This document shows positions 22,408 to 35,274 of a stretch of 46,396 bases of DNA, piece by piece. The position numbers and the translations under genes were made by a program. Where the stretch lies: assembly GCA_030141605.1 (NCBI GenBank), contig JAQGDQ010001336.1:1-46396 (forward strand), in the 5' to 3' direction. The stretch comes from Tubiluchus corallicola. Lineage: Eukaryota > Animalia > Priapulida. The notes beneath the pieces are model-generated. The model was not told the DNA's origin. It worked only from the letters and a program-made list of their open reading frames with translations, and did not search any database. Positions within the stretch are counted from its first letter, which is position 1, and the number at the start of each line of letters is the position of its first letter.

Positions 22408-23492
22408 TCAGCTGATATCCTGCTTGAAAACTGCTTAAAATACTGTACGGTCTATAAATTGTGGCTTACTCTGAACAGTTTTATAAGTTGAAGGGCAGAA
22501 AAACGAAAATCTACGATGAAAATCTTGTTGTTGTATAAATGGTACTAAGCACATGTGTGGCTACTGCATTTTAATTGCGAAGCATATGGTACTATTGACA
22601 AAAAACGGGCGTTACGACACAAGGTGGCGCGGCAACGCGATACGTTTAAAAAACAATTATGCCTTAAGCCATTGAGTGTAACTGACAGTAGATTATTTAG
22701 TAATGAAGTCTCACTTGGACATGGCTGCATTTGACATGGCGTAATTTGGCTGTGGTTTCAGTTTACACGTAAAACTTGCACACGGAGAGAAAGAGATAAT
22801 ATAAGATGATAATGAGGACTGAAACACGTGACAGGGTAACGAACTGATGGGGGAAAAACGGACTGCACGCTGAGTTTGAGCGAAATCAAAGCTTTCCGTG
22901 GTTTAAAATTAGAATGGTTTTGATTTGCTTTGCGCTTAACTGCTAGAATTTATCTAATCAAAACTCAAGGTGTTCATTATCAATAAAGCCAAGCGGGAAA
23001 AATACTCTATTGGCAAACTAGATTAAGTTACTTCACATATCCATTAGTTACTGAGAACATTTGTATTTCGAAAAATTGAGACATTTATTAATAAAATAAA
23101 AGAAAAATATTCTTGTATTTTAAGACGTATAATACCATTTGTTTATTTATTTCGTTGTTTATTTATTAATTTGTTTATTTATTTAATTGGTTATTTATTT
23201 ATTTGTATGTTTACTTATAATTATTTGCTCGTTTTTCACTTGTTTACTATTATTTATTTTTCATATTTAGTTATATTTTAGTGCAACATCTTAACATAAA
23301 ATATTTTAGACAAAGTAATATTTTTCATGCAGCCAGCAACACACTGCCAGCAGGTATCTTACATTCCAGCAACACCTGCTTTTACGTTGCTAGGTGTAAC
23401 AGGACCGGCATCTAGTTTACTATCAAGAAATTTTCTCCATGAAGAGATAATGAAGCAAAAAGCAAATCATTAGATTGGTCTAAGCCAGTCAT

Positions 23493-23785
23493 TAGAGCTA
23501 TTAGTTAAACTCTCTCTTAAGATATATGTAAATGAATCCAATGCACGGTGTTCCTCAAGGTTCTATAATAGTTCCTAATTTATTTGCATTGTTCATCCAC
23601 GATCTATCAGATTCTATTTTCTAGAGCTATTAGTTAAACACTCTCTTAAGATATATGTAAATGAATCCAATGCACGGTGTTCCTCAAGGTTCTATAATAG
23701 TTCCTAATTTATTTGCATTGTTCATACACGATCTATCAGATTCTATTTTCTAGAGCTATTGTTGTTGACGATATTATTATACTTT
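23493..23785 (+). pseudogene. LINE RT relic duplicated as a 129-bp tandem
   Basis: Each unit encodes GVPQGSIIVPNLFALFIHDL. TAGAGCTATT restarts at 23493, 23622 and 23751. A third related copy is at ~24950-25040. Confidence 0.75.
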
Positions 23786-24528
23786 CCACTAATTGTCACG
23801 TTTGGATGTATGATATTTAGTTTAAACATAATTTATATAGGATTGGACCAGACAGTTTGTACAACTAACAGTATGTACAAAATGTATGATATTTACTTCC
23901 TCAATAACATGAATAGCCACACTGAATATGACAGATGTGCAATCTCAGTGAAGCAATTTTCCTGGTGATCTCAAAGTCAAAACAAATGTTGCATATATCT
24001 GGTCTTGAAGCCCTAACCTTGACTGCCCAGGCAATGTTCTTCTTCCTAATAAGGAATACTATTCACAGTCCACAAATGTGCTACAAACAAGTTGCTTAAA
24101 TTGTGTAAAATTAAGTTAAAATTAAGATTTGATTTGCAAGCCGAGTTCGAAACTGGAAAAGCATTAAAATCGCATTAGATGTAAATTACACAAACTGTAA
24201 ATGTTTGTTGATCGTTTTTCTCGCGTTGTAGCTGTAGTTAACTCCAATTTGCAATTTGCAAACTGCGCAAGCTTGCAAAATTGTGAATATGTTATGCACT
24301 AGTGGGGTAAGGTGCACCGCGCATGCGCGCTTTTCTTTATGTATGTAATTCACACTTTACAACGCCTTTATAATTATAGAAGATTATATATCTTATATAG
24401 TACATTATGATAAAAAGTAGTGTTACGAAGGCAGATTATGATCAACCCCCTAATGTTAGTAATGGGTATGGTCGAGAAGCCCAGTAATGCAAATATACCT
24501 GTATAAAACAGAATGCATGCCGTAACTT

Positions 24529-24743
24529 GACGATTCCAACCTGGCCTTTCTGTCTGTAAAGGTAAATGCTGTAGGTTTGCTGATTTTTTTATACCAGAGT
24601 CTGTTCACATGTCATGGAGCTACTGGTTATGCATTATGACAATTCCAACCTGGCTTTTCTGTCTGTAAAGGTGAATGCTGTTGGTGTGCTGATTTTTATA
24701 CGAAAGTCTGTTCACATGTCATGGAGCTACTGGTTGTGCATTA
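24529..24743. repeat. ~108-bp tandem duplication
   Basis: GAC(G/A)ATTCCAACCTGGC...TCTGTTCACATGTCATGGAGCTACTGGTT occurs twice. Confidence 0.9.
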
Positions 24744-25558
24744 AAGTTTATTTTACATTCGTATTATTTTTGCTTTTCTCGTCTGCTGTAAAGTATTTCA
24801 TAACTTGTATGCCGCTCTATACATTCCGAGGAGACGGATCGGCGCCTGGAAATGGACCCGGATCCGTTACAATATATATGTATACGCAGGGCAATAAAGA
24901 GGCCATCCTAAGCTTCACTTTTGAAGTAAAAGTCTAAACCTATCATTGGAGCTGCTAGTTAAATTCTCCCGTAAGATGTATGTAAATGAAATCACTGCTG
25001 GTGTTCCTCAAGGTTCTATAATAGTCCGTGCTTTATTACGTTCTATGTTCTACGTTCTATGAAACATTTTACAGAAGTAGCTAAGAACGTATCGAAAAAT
25101 GCACGAAGGCTCTCATAATAATGTAATTCCTGGATCTATTCTATGTCATCCTACACCGACAGTTACTGTCACATCTGTGCTGCAGCCTCAGTTTGTTACT
25201 TTAATCAACTTCACAGATTACAAAATTGTATTGTCTGTTTGGTTGGTTCTGATCTAGCTCACTGAAGGTCTGTTGCTACATTCATTTCTTTTAGTTTTAT
25301 TTTCTGCAAGATTTTCTCATAAATCGTATTGATCAGGTGTAACTCCCTAAGAAATAGAAATTTAAATAGCAGTAATACGATTAAATCTTGTACAGTTCGA
25401 TATAATATAGATATTCGATATGAGTACTTCCAATATTGGAATTCATTTCAATTTTTTTTGTTTATTATCTAAATTAACCTGAGTACAGTTTTATCTTATG
25501 TATATAGTTTTGTATTCTGCGTTTTTTGTATATAATACTTTATGTATTAATTTAACCA

Positions 25559-25900
25559 AAAATAAAATAAATAAATAAATAAGAAAATAAACAAATAAAT
25601 AAACAAATAAATAAATAAATAAATAAATATATATATATATATTTATTCATTCATTCATTCATTCATTCATTCATTCATTCATTCATTCATTCACTCACTC
25701 ACTCACTCACTCACTCACTCACTCACTCACTCACTCACTCACTCACTCACTCACTCACTCATTCACTCATTCACTCATTCACTCATTCACTCATTCATTC
25801 ATTCACTCATTCACTCATTCACTCATTCACTCATTCACTCATTCATTCATTCATTCATTCACTTATTTATTTATCCATTCATTCACCCATTCATTCATTT
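25559..25900. repeat. Compound microsatellite (TAAA)n-(TA)n-(TTCA)n-(CTCA)n
   Basis: Direct reading. Confidence 0.97.
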
Positions 25901-27147
25901 ATTTATATTTTCATTATTCGTTCACTCATCCATTCACTTAGCTAATACAATCACTTCAACTCAAACGGTAAATTCACACCAATATCTTTACAAATGGTCA
26001 AGCACAGTAATACTGTAAGTTGCAAAAGCACAGTTAAGCCACGAAGCAAAAGCTTGCAAGGAATTTTCATCGTATCCGCTGTTTTTTTTAAATTAACCAT
26101 CATTTTTATCAGGTTCAAATACGAGCTTCACTAGGCACGAAATTCTAGGATTGTCATCTCTACGTCATGAATGTCAAAACTAATCTCATCGCACTATTTA
26201 CTCTAACACCGAACTACTTTATTTTACGCCAAAGTCCTCCTGGTTTTATTAGACATTAATTCCCTGTAGAAAATTTCTCCTATAACACTGAACCAATTTC
26301 CGCCACAAGTTAAATCGAATCGGCGGCCCGAAATTATCCGAACACACGCTGTAAATTAAGACAGTTTATTATAAGAAACAAATCAATACCTCCAATAACA
26401 TAATATTCTATAAGATCGTCGCAATGTGAACGACCCTTTAAGCCAAGATAGATTTCATTAAGTCTGTAACAGTCTCCCTTGTCACTGGCAGTGATTTCCT
26501 CCCACAATGCACTTGAAAGTGCGCCATGATTACCCAGAATGCACTTGAAACTGAGATATTTGAAACTGATATAAGTGTTTTCGTCTGCGGTAATATGACA
26601 CCGAGTTGTAAGCAACCTGCCACGAATCTCTAATCAGAATAATTTTCTGAAATCTTTTCTTCGGTAATTCGCTAAATTGAACTCGGTGTATAACAGGCAG
26701 GTGTAGGAGAATGAGATTAGTCGAGTTTGTTACACGGGCACAATATGGCCAATCAGTCATTTTGTATCATTCTATTCGGTGAAGAGACTGAAAATCTGGT
26801 TAAGAAACTGCCGACTTAAGTGCTAAGACGATTTATTTTCTTGAGATAAGGGGAGTAAGACTTCACTTCTTCAAGGGTTCGTGTTGAAGTGGAATTTGCA
26901 AGGAAACGTCATATTTAGTCGACCAATTATTTTATATCGTGCAAAATTTGTTACTTTTTGTTACGCCATCGACTTTTCTTACGCCTACTGCTGTAGCGAA
27001 GGTGGTTGTATAAAATCTGTGTTTCTGCAACAGACAAAATGAGACTTTTTCAATTTAATCGAAAAATCTTAAGTGCCAAATATGTTTTGCGTGGTTTCAC
27101 TATGCTAATGTATTGTTGATGTTGGTGCTGTACGTATTTTCGTCAGT

Positions 27148-27818
27148 ATCGTCATCATCATCGTCGTCGTCATTATCATCATCATCATTATCGTCGTCAT
27201 CGTCGTCATCATCACCATCATCATCGTCGTCATCATCATCATCGTCATCATCATCATCGTCATCCTCCTCCTCATCATCATCATGATTATCATGATCATC
27301 ATCGTCATCATCATCATCATCATCGTCGTCGTCGTCGTCGTCATCATCAACATTATCGTCATCATCATCATCGTCATCATCCTCATCCTCCTCCTAATCA
27401 TCATCATGATTATCATGATCATCATCGTCATCATCATCATAAACAACATCATCGTCGTCATCGTCGTCATCATCACCATTATCGTCATCATCATCATCAT
27501 CATCGCCAACATCATCATCATCATCGTCGTCATCATCATCATCATCATCGTCGTCGTCATCATCATCATCATCATCATCGTCGTCGTCGTCCTCATCATC
27601 ACCATTATCATCATCGTCGTCGTCGTCGTCATCATCACCATTATCGTCATCATCATCATGGTCATCATCCTCCTCCTCCTCATCACATCATGATTATCAT
27701 GATCATCATCGTCATCATCATCATAAACAACATCATCATCATCATCATAAACAACAACATCATCATCATCATCATCGTCATCATAAACAACATCATCATC
27801 ATCATCGTCATCATCATC
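27148..27818. repeat. Imperfect (CAT/CGT)n microsatellite
   Basis: Direct reading; it explains the poly-M/I/D ORFs. Confidence 0.97.
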
Positions 27819-28562
27819 AACCTTACCACTAACGGCCATATAACGACCTACAGGTAATGACGCTGCGCACAAATAACGAATAACCTGAAGGGCATATGTC
27901 CATGGCGTTGGTATGCGCTAGATTCGAACTCAAGACTGCTTGGCCACTCAACCCAGAACAATGTTACGTTCATTTTGTGGTTAGTTCACATAGTTAGTAT
28001 AATTTGTTGACGTTCCTTTTCAATCGAGAAAAGTTGCAGTTTTCAGGGAAAGCTAAGGCAGAGCGCTGTATTATAAGGCGGATTCGGGATTTTCACGTAC
28101 ATACTACTGAACAGCCACGTGAAGGGTCACTGGTTCAATACTGCTAGGTCACAATTTTTCTCGGGTAGCTTAAAGTCAGTGTTATCAAGTGTAAAGCCCG
28201 GTTCACGTGTACGCCACCGCACGCATGTGAGCACAAAATACCCCCCCCCGCGTTTTACCGTAGTTCGGGAACGTATCGAGAGAGATTTCGCAAATTACTA
28301 ATTTGTCGGGATAATCAGTTTTGCTAATTCAATCAGCAAGCGTTTGTATTCACGATACGCCGATTGTCCCGGAGAGCTCAATTGTTTTACTAGAGATAAT
28401 GATGCTAACCGCAAGATGTTTGTATAAGATTAGCAGCTAAACCACTAAACGTATGAATGCAATCCAGATTAGCTCATATATTGTCAAGCAGAATGTACAG
28501 TTATGCATACATAAGAAAACACGAAACTACTTAAAACTCAAACTAAACCCTCACAATAATAA

Positions 28563-28698
28563 TCAATCAGTCAGTCAGTCAGTCAGTCAGTCAGTCAGTC
28601 AGTCAGTCAGTCAGTCAGTCAGTCAGTCAGTCAGTCAGTCAGTCAGTCAGTCAGTCAGTCAGTCAGTCAGCCAGTCAGTCAGTCAATCAATCAATCAA
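28563..28698. repeat. (CAGT)n microsatellite
   Basis: Direct reading. Confidence 0.99.
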
Positions 28699-29380
28699 TT
28701 TCACTCCAGCAATCCATATACAATACATCAACATACAATATTATTTAAAAAAAAAGAAACAGTATAGGCAAAAAACGTTGATGAAGTCAAATTAACCAAA
28801 TAAAAGAGTTGCTGTATGATACATTGAAAGCTTGGCTTGTTAAGGTGGCACAAACGAGTGAATGAAAGAATGGTTAGTGTAGTAAAAGCTTTTACAACAC
28901 AGAATCCTGCTCTCATTACGAATATTCAATTAATTTTATTACAGACTTACCGTTAAAAATGTTTTTTGTCACTTCGTTATTAAATTTAAAGAACCGCCAT
29001 TTTTCGTTGTGCAAGACGAGTGACGTAATGAGTACAGTCACGAGGTCACCAAAGATCGGTAAACAAGCATCGGCAACCAAAGACGTTCTCTGTACCTCGT
29101 ACGTCATTCTCGCTCGCTCACGCCAAAGACGCGAAACATGGCGACCTTTACAACAATGCACGTGTTTGAAATTCACCAGAAAAAGGTAAATTATTTAATT
29201 TATAAGTCTCTTTTGTTTAACAATAACTATAAATTCTTTGTATGATCATGATAATGGGTTAAAACACTTCAGTGTCTGTTGGGATTATATAGATTTTTAA
29301 CAACTGTAGGCCCGGATCCTAAACAAATAGGAAAAGAGTACACTCGTGTTTGTATTTCCCGATGGCCGACCCGTCTAACG

Positions 29381-29968
29381 AAGCGGTCACACTAGCGAGT
29401 TTTCTGTCACGAGTTTTCTCTCTGACAGTAAGTGTGAACTGCTTTGCGAGTTACTGTCAGCAAGTTATCAAAAATTCTCTGACACCTGCTGGGAGTTGAT
29501 TTATTGCCAGTTACTGTCTAGTGCGAACTGCTTTGCGAGTTACTGTCAGCAAGTTATCAAAAATTCTCTGACACCTGCTGGGAGTTGATTTATTGCAAGT
29601 TACTGTCTAGTGTGAGCTGCTTTGCGAGTTACTGTCAGCAAGTTATCGAAAATTCTCTGACAGCTGCTAGGAGTTGATTTTCTGCGAGTTACTGTCTAGC
29701 GTGAACTGCTTTGCGAGTTACTGTCTAGTGTGAACTGCTTTGCGAGTTACTGTCAGCAAGTTATCGAAAATTCTCTGACAGCGGCTGGGAGTTCATTTTC
29801 TGCGAGTTACTGTCTAGTGTGAACTGGTTTGTGAGTTACTCTCACTGCTTGTCGCAGTGAATAGTGAAGTGGTAGCTCGCCCTTCAGTAACTCGCAGCAT
29901 ATTTTGCTGTTTAGTCTGAACACGTTCGCTAGTTACTTGGCAGGAAAACTCGCAAGTTTGAACGCGCC
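29381..29968. mobile_element. PIF/Harbinger-like MITE with internal 89-bp tandem repeats
   Basis: Termini GCGGTCACACTAGCGAGTTTTC / GAAAACTCGCAAGTTTGAACGC. Internal GTGTGAACTGCTTTGCGAGTTACTGTC units at ~29432, 29521, 29610, 29699, 29728 and 29817. Confidence 0.7.
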
Positions 29969-30865
29969 GTAAGATACAACGAGAACAGTCCCGCAGTTCC
30001 TAAACCTCGGCTCGCCCCGGAAATAACAAGAATACTTTACCACGTAGTCGAACCACTGCTCCTTACACACCACAAATAGTTGTATAGGGAATAGTAATTG
30101 TGTTTCAATGTTTCCACTACTGTCGATTAGCGAATGCGACATGCTATCATAGGCGATGCTCTAGAAAACTTTAGAATCCCCCACGGAGTTGTTTGTCCAA
30201 TACCTCCTCTAAGTGGAGATTAAATAATTAATAAATCACGTCGTCACTCTCATGCATTTAATTCCTATCATAAGTGTTATGATCACTGTCTCGACAATAT
30301 TCTAGATAACATTGGTGTTAAAAATGTAAATAAAAGTCAGTGTTCTTGCTATGTAGCTCACAAGGCTGCATAAATGATCTAATGACTCAATGTTGCAGAA
30401 AATACGCAACATTGTGGAAGCAGGCTCAACGAAACACGTCAGTTTAGGGCCTAAAGGAGAAAGTTTAGGGCCTAGTTGCGCAGTTCATCACGAGATGCTG
30501 AAACTCACGAAAAATTCACGAACATCAGATATTTTTCCCACATTTGAAACGGCATTGAATTTCTTCTGAATGTACGGGCGCCTCTTTTAAACGCTTTGAA
30601 AACAGGTCGTTACTTAAATTCGATACCTGTTCACTCTTCCGCTTTAATTCTCCCAGGTACTTACTACGTCAGGGCAGAAATTGTCGAGTTGTCACTGTTA
30701 TTATTGACCTTTGAACAAATCAACCGTGACTAATCAGCCAGATAAACTTCTCTAAATTAAGTATCTAGTTCATTTGGAAGATCATTAATTACACGGGAGA
30801 CAGGAGTATAGCTGTCATTTGGTTTGGAGGGTTTCAAGTTTAGTTTGAAGGCCAATATTAACAGA

Positions 30866-31909
30866 CAGGGCTGGATTACCGTATAGGCTAGTATAGGCTG
30901 CAGCCTAGCGGTTTAGTTTAAAGGCCAATATTAACAGACAGGACTGGGTTACCGTATAGGCTAGTATAGGCTGCAGTCCACCTAAATAAAAATACAGTGT
31001 AAAAATAACACAGATCTACATTTAGCTGGACCGTTTCGTGAACATGACAATAACTGCCAGAAATTTTGCAGATCTTTGTGTCGTTTCTCTTCATGTCTTT
31101 GCTTAAGCGGATGCTGGCTGTTATTTTCATTTTAAAAATTCATTTTTAAGTGCCGTATTAATGCACGGGCTTTATGTGCTGCAGCCCAGGGACCTCTGTC
31201 AGCCGAGGGTCTCCAGAGATTAAGTGAAATACATTTACTGTCAAGAGTTACAACAGAATGAGAATAGAAGTATGCTGAGTTATTTCTTTACTTAATTAAG
31301 GGTTCACTTAATTAATACATAGAATACACTCGAATCGTTCTCTCGTTTATTAGTTCAACTCATTGGTATGGTCACCCTGGCAAATACCAGTAATTTATTT
31401 ATTGTAATTTGTACGTCTTATTCTTATTTTTCAAATCTTTTTTTCAATTTCAAAGAATAATAATTTTTAAAAACTTATTTTAATTTTGTAAATATCAGAA
31501 GATCTCTTCTCTTTTTGTTGTGTTAGACTTGTACCCATCTATGTGGGTCTAATGTTGGCGTTATGTTGTAGAAGTTGAATAAACTGATTTGAAGAATCCA
31601 ACATTCATGCTTTATGTTGTAGAAGTTGAACAAACTGATTTGAAATATCCAACATTCATGCTTTTGTTAATTGTCACTGCGGGCCGGGGCCTGCAAAATG
31701 AAAATCCAGTCTAGGGGCCTAGAAAATCACAATCCAGCCCAGGGGCCTACAAAATCAAAATCCAGTCCAGGGGCCTACAAAATCACAAACCAGCCCAGGG
31801 GCCTACAAAATCACAATCCAGTCCAGGGGCCTAAAAAATCACAATCCAGCCCAGGGGCCTACAAAATCACAATCCAGCCTAGGGGCCTACAAAATCAAAA
31901 TCCAACCCC
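30866..31909. mobile_element. hAT-like MITE with a duplicated left end and a tandemly amplified right end
   Basis: The left end CAGGGCTGGATT..TAGGC occurs twice (30866, 30939). The right end AATCCAGCCC sits within 28-bp repeats. No TSD was found. Confidence 0.5.
31686..31909. repeat. 28-bp minisatellite, 8 copies
   Basis: Unit GGGGCCTACAAAATCACAATCCAGCCCA. Confidence 0.95.
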
Positions 31910-32241
31910 ACTTTTGTATGCTGCCCCCTGTGTGTTAGATTGCAAATCACGCATACTCCAGTAAACTTTAACATTTATGTGAGTAAAACGAAATGCGAGG
32001 AATATTTATTTACATGAATTACCGGTCTGTAAATGTAAAAGTTCATCGTCCATCATCGGCTCAGAAACACGTGTAACGATAAGTGCGTATTTAGCAGGAT
32101 ACTTCCTAGCTAAGTGAGGGATTCCTGGGATAGACGGGTAAACTATTTCAATTTATCAAAGCCGTTGTGAGTGGATGGATTTAGTAGTTATTGAACAAGT
32201 TCTGGTCAATATTGTACCAGTGTTTGCGGATGAACAGTGGC

Positions 32242-32970
32242 TTAAAGGACAAGACAAGGGGTACCTGAAGTAGGTTTCAGAAAAATCGCCTTAAAAATTA
32301 TACATTACAGCAATTTATGCGCAAATCTTATTCGCGTCGAAAGGAATTTTCGTTTGTTTTCATTTTAAATCTCCCGCAAAATTGTTCCAAGCCTCTGGGG
32401 GTTTGGATTTCACTGTAATTCAACCAGTACCTGCATAAGGCTTCAATGTTAATGAAAGAGAATGATGCTAATTACATGTTGGTGAGAAATTAAGTTGGTT
32501 TCAAGAAAGTAGAAAGAAATTAATCAGTAGAAATATGAACAAAACTCATTAAACGTTCAATTTATATGATCTAAGTAGTATTGATTTTTGCCTCTGGAAC
32601 GTATCCCAATTCTTTTACATTACTACCTATGGAAGTCTTGGCTTCGTTTAACGACGTTTCACTTAACATCGCATTTTGCTAGAACGCAGTAGCGTCGTTA
32701 AGCGAGGACTTACTGTACATGAATTACCTCTTAAATATTCATCCCAGTGACATAGTGTGAACAGTGTAAGCATCCATACTACTTACACATTCAAATTTTG
32801 GCTTCGTTTAATGAATATTTCGGTTAAAGGACCTGAAAAGGGGTGCATGAAATAGGTTTCAGAAAGGACTTGAAAAATTTTATTATTTTACAGCAATTTT
32901 ATGCGTAAATCGTATTCACATTAAAAGGAACTTTTGTTTGTTTTCATTTGAAATCTCCTGCAATACTGTG
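32242..32970. mobile_element. Two left ends of a TTAA|AGGAC Kolobok-like family (32242-32385, 32825-32970), with a Tigger/pogo-like end between them (~32640-32718)
   Basis: TTAAAGGAC..AAGGGGT..TAGGTTTCAGAAA..TTTGTTTTCATTT..AATCTCC is shared by both ends. CGTCGTTAAGCGAGGACTTACTG|TA is the reverse complement of a CAGT-type TIR. Confidence 0.55.
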
Positions 32971-33652
32971 TCGATGGCGCCATTACTTGACGTCACTATG
33001 CCACGTAAATCAGGGGAAGAAAAGGAAATGTTAAATTATGCCCCAAAAAACTTTCCATGCAAATCTGCATTACTTAGCATTTCACTTACCTGCTGGAAAG
33101 ACTTATGTAACAAGACTAATAATTTAAAATGTTTTCACCAATTGGTAAAATGTCGCTGACTCACCTCCAGGGTGCGCCACACACTAGCCAAAAACGTATT
33201 TTTAATCTTATTGACGAGATACAGTAATTTAAAATTTTATTTAATTAGCAACATGTATGCCACGAATGCTCTGATTGTTTTTTCAAACTTTACTTGATGT
33301 TATCAAAACTTGTCTCAAACGACCTACCATTAAAATGGCTGCGCCAAACGGTCATCGCGGGAGTTTAAATTTACACGTTTTATACAGCGTTACGCAAACC
33401 CTGTATACGAAAACGTAGTCAGTAAGTGGTATAAAATTTTGTGACGAATTTTTAAGCTTTATGTAAGTGGAGAGTTTCCTTGTGGTTTAAGTGAATTTTG
33501 TATTATCACGTTAGTTAAAGCACTAATAATTTTATATCACTTACGTACTTCGCATTGCGTACAGAGCTTACGTTAGCAGTAGCGCTGTACAAAACTTGTA
33601 AATTTAAACTTCCTCGTTGACTATGAGGCGCAGCCATTTTGATCGTAAAGGT

Positions 33653-33851
33653 ACGACTCCATGTGCGCGTAATGCGTGATGCGTGATCCGTAATGGGGGC
33701 ATGTGAACAATAGTTTGCATTTAAACACGTGGAAGTGTTTTCATGTGTATGTTTTGCGTAATCTTTAATGCGTGATGCGTGATAGGTATTCATGCAAACG
33801 TGATGGCTATCGCGTGAATACGCATCACGCATTACCTGCACATGGAATCGT
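33653..33851. mobile_element. ~200-bp MITE with 32-bp TIRs nested in another repeat
   Basis: ACGACTCCATGTGCGCGTAATGCGTGATGCGT / ACGCATCACGCATTACCTGCACATGGAATCGT. Confidence 0.85.
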
Positions 33852-34220
33852 TGCTTGAGTCGACTGAAACAAGTTGCGTAAAGTTTGAAAAAATAATCAG
33901 AGCATTCTTAGCACACTCTTCGCTAACTAAGCAAAAGTTTAAATAACTTTGTATTGTCAATAAGATCAACAATGTGTTTTTGGTGAATCACTGGTGCACA
34001 CTGGGACGGCGATGCAGTGCAGTTTTACCAGTTGGTGGGAACATTTTTAATTACTAAGATGTTTCTTTTCTAGTTACATAAGTTTTTGAAACAGGTAAGC
34101 ATAATGCAAAATAATATGACTTTGTGTGTGAATTTTAATGGCATCCGATCTAGTAGAAAAAACTACCCGCACTATCTTTGGGATCCTGGCACGGAATTCA
34201 GCTGGATACACTCAATTAAT

Positions 34221-34324
34221 CGCCCGGGCCGCACTTTCACTAGGTTGACAAATCTCTTCGCGTGCCGCACAAATTCTCTGGGCGGGCCGCAAGTGGCCCA
34301 CGGACCGCAATTTGCACACCCCTG
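34221..34324. mobile_element. hAT MITE right-end fragment
   Basis: GCGGGCCGCA...GGACCGCAATTTGCACACCCCTG is the reverse complement of a CAGGGGTGTGCAAA terminus. Confidence 0.55.
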
Positions 34325-34675
34325 ACTTGTGTGAAAGAATCATTCGGCCGAAACCTAATTTCGCATTCTTGCATGAAAATTGCGCAGCAGAAATTGTAGA
34401 AATTTTGATTTCTCCTCAAGACCAAGGACGTTCAGTGTGGTCAATTTCAAATGCAGCTGTGGACAGGTAATTACCTTCAGTTAATTAGCACACTACAATA
34501 CGTGTATAGGCCCAAGACACAAGAACAATTATACTTTAATATACACAACAAAAAATCGATTTTGTAAGTGGATGCATGGTGTCTATGGGGAAGGGGTTGA
34601 CCTTTGAGTAGGGGGCGCTAAAACACTTTATCTTAGGGCGTCAAACTACCTAGAGCCGGACCTGCATTTAAGCAG

Positions 34676-34876
34676 CCGTAGCCAATGTCCATCATTTGTG
34701 CACAACAGTTTTTCCTCGGACTTCTTATCTGTGGAATTTGCTGGCAGAAGGTCATCAAAAATTAGAATGTTATTCGATTCAAGAAGAATATAAATAGGTA
34801 CCTGCTGTCGGTATTAGTTATATGAATTCTATTTCACGAGATACGAGATACGTTATTCATATCTTCACTTTTTCAC
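34676..34876 (+). mobile_element. 3' end of a CR1/L2-like LINE
   Basis: With frameshifts it encodes HNSF-PRTSYLWNLL...FKKNINRYLL (typical SFFPRT..LWN tail). A close copy is at 41497-41698. Confidence 0.7.
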
Positions 34877-35010
34877 TGTAACCCCTGACCTTGAAATGAT
34901 CATAGGTTTTGTTTGCGGGGTGATTTGCAAAACAAAAGTAGGAAGGAGATTACAATTCTCTACACAACTTACACACCCTAATCCCATCCCCAACCCTAAC
35001 CAAACCTTAA

Positions 35011-35160
35011 ATGAAGACCGGACGATTGTTTAGACTCAATCTCATTTTAATTTACTTCCAAAATATACATTTTCTTTCCTATAAAAGTTGGCAATTGTTC
35101 CTTATATTTTAATTATTTGCTTAGAAAGTTAATTAACGTCAACCGAACACAGCTACTGCT
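35011..35160. mobile_element. Kolobok-like MITE family A, left-end fragment
   Basis: TTAA|ATGAAGACCGGACGATTGTTTAGACTCAATCTC matches 3583-3727. Confidence 0.8.
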
Positions 35161-35274
35161 TACTTGGCGATGGCGATGCAGTGCAGTTTTACCAGTTGAT
35201 AAATTAAAAATAACTTGTTTATGAGCAACCCACTTTGTATATGACGGGTAAGACTACAATTTCAGTTCGCTAGA

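Noticed and set aside
26334-26615. 93-aa minus-strand ORF with FKYL
   Set aside because: Too little motif support to call it a LINE relic or an exon.
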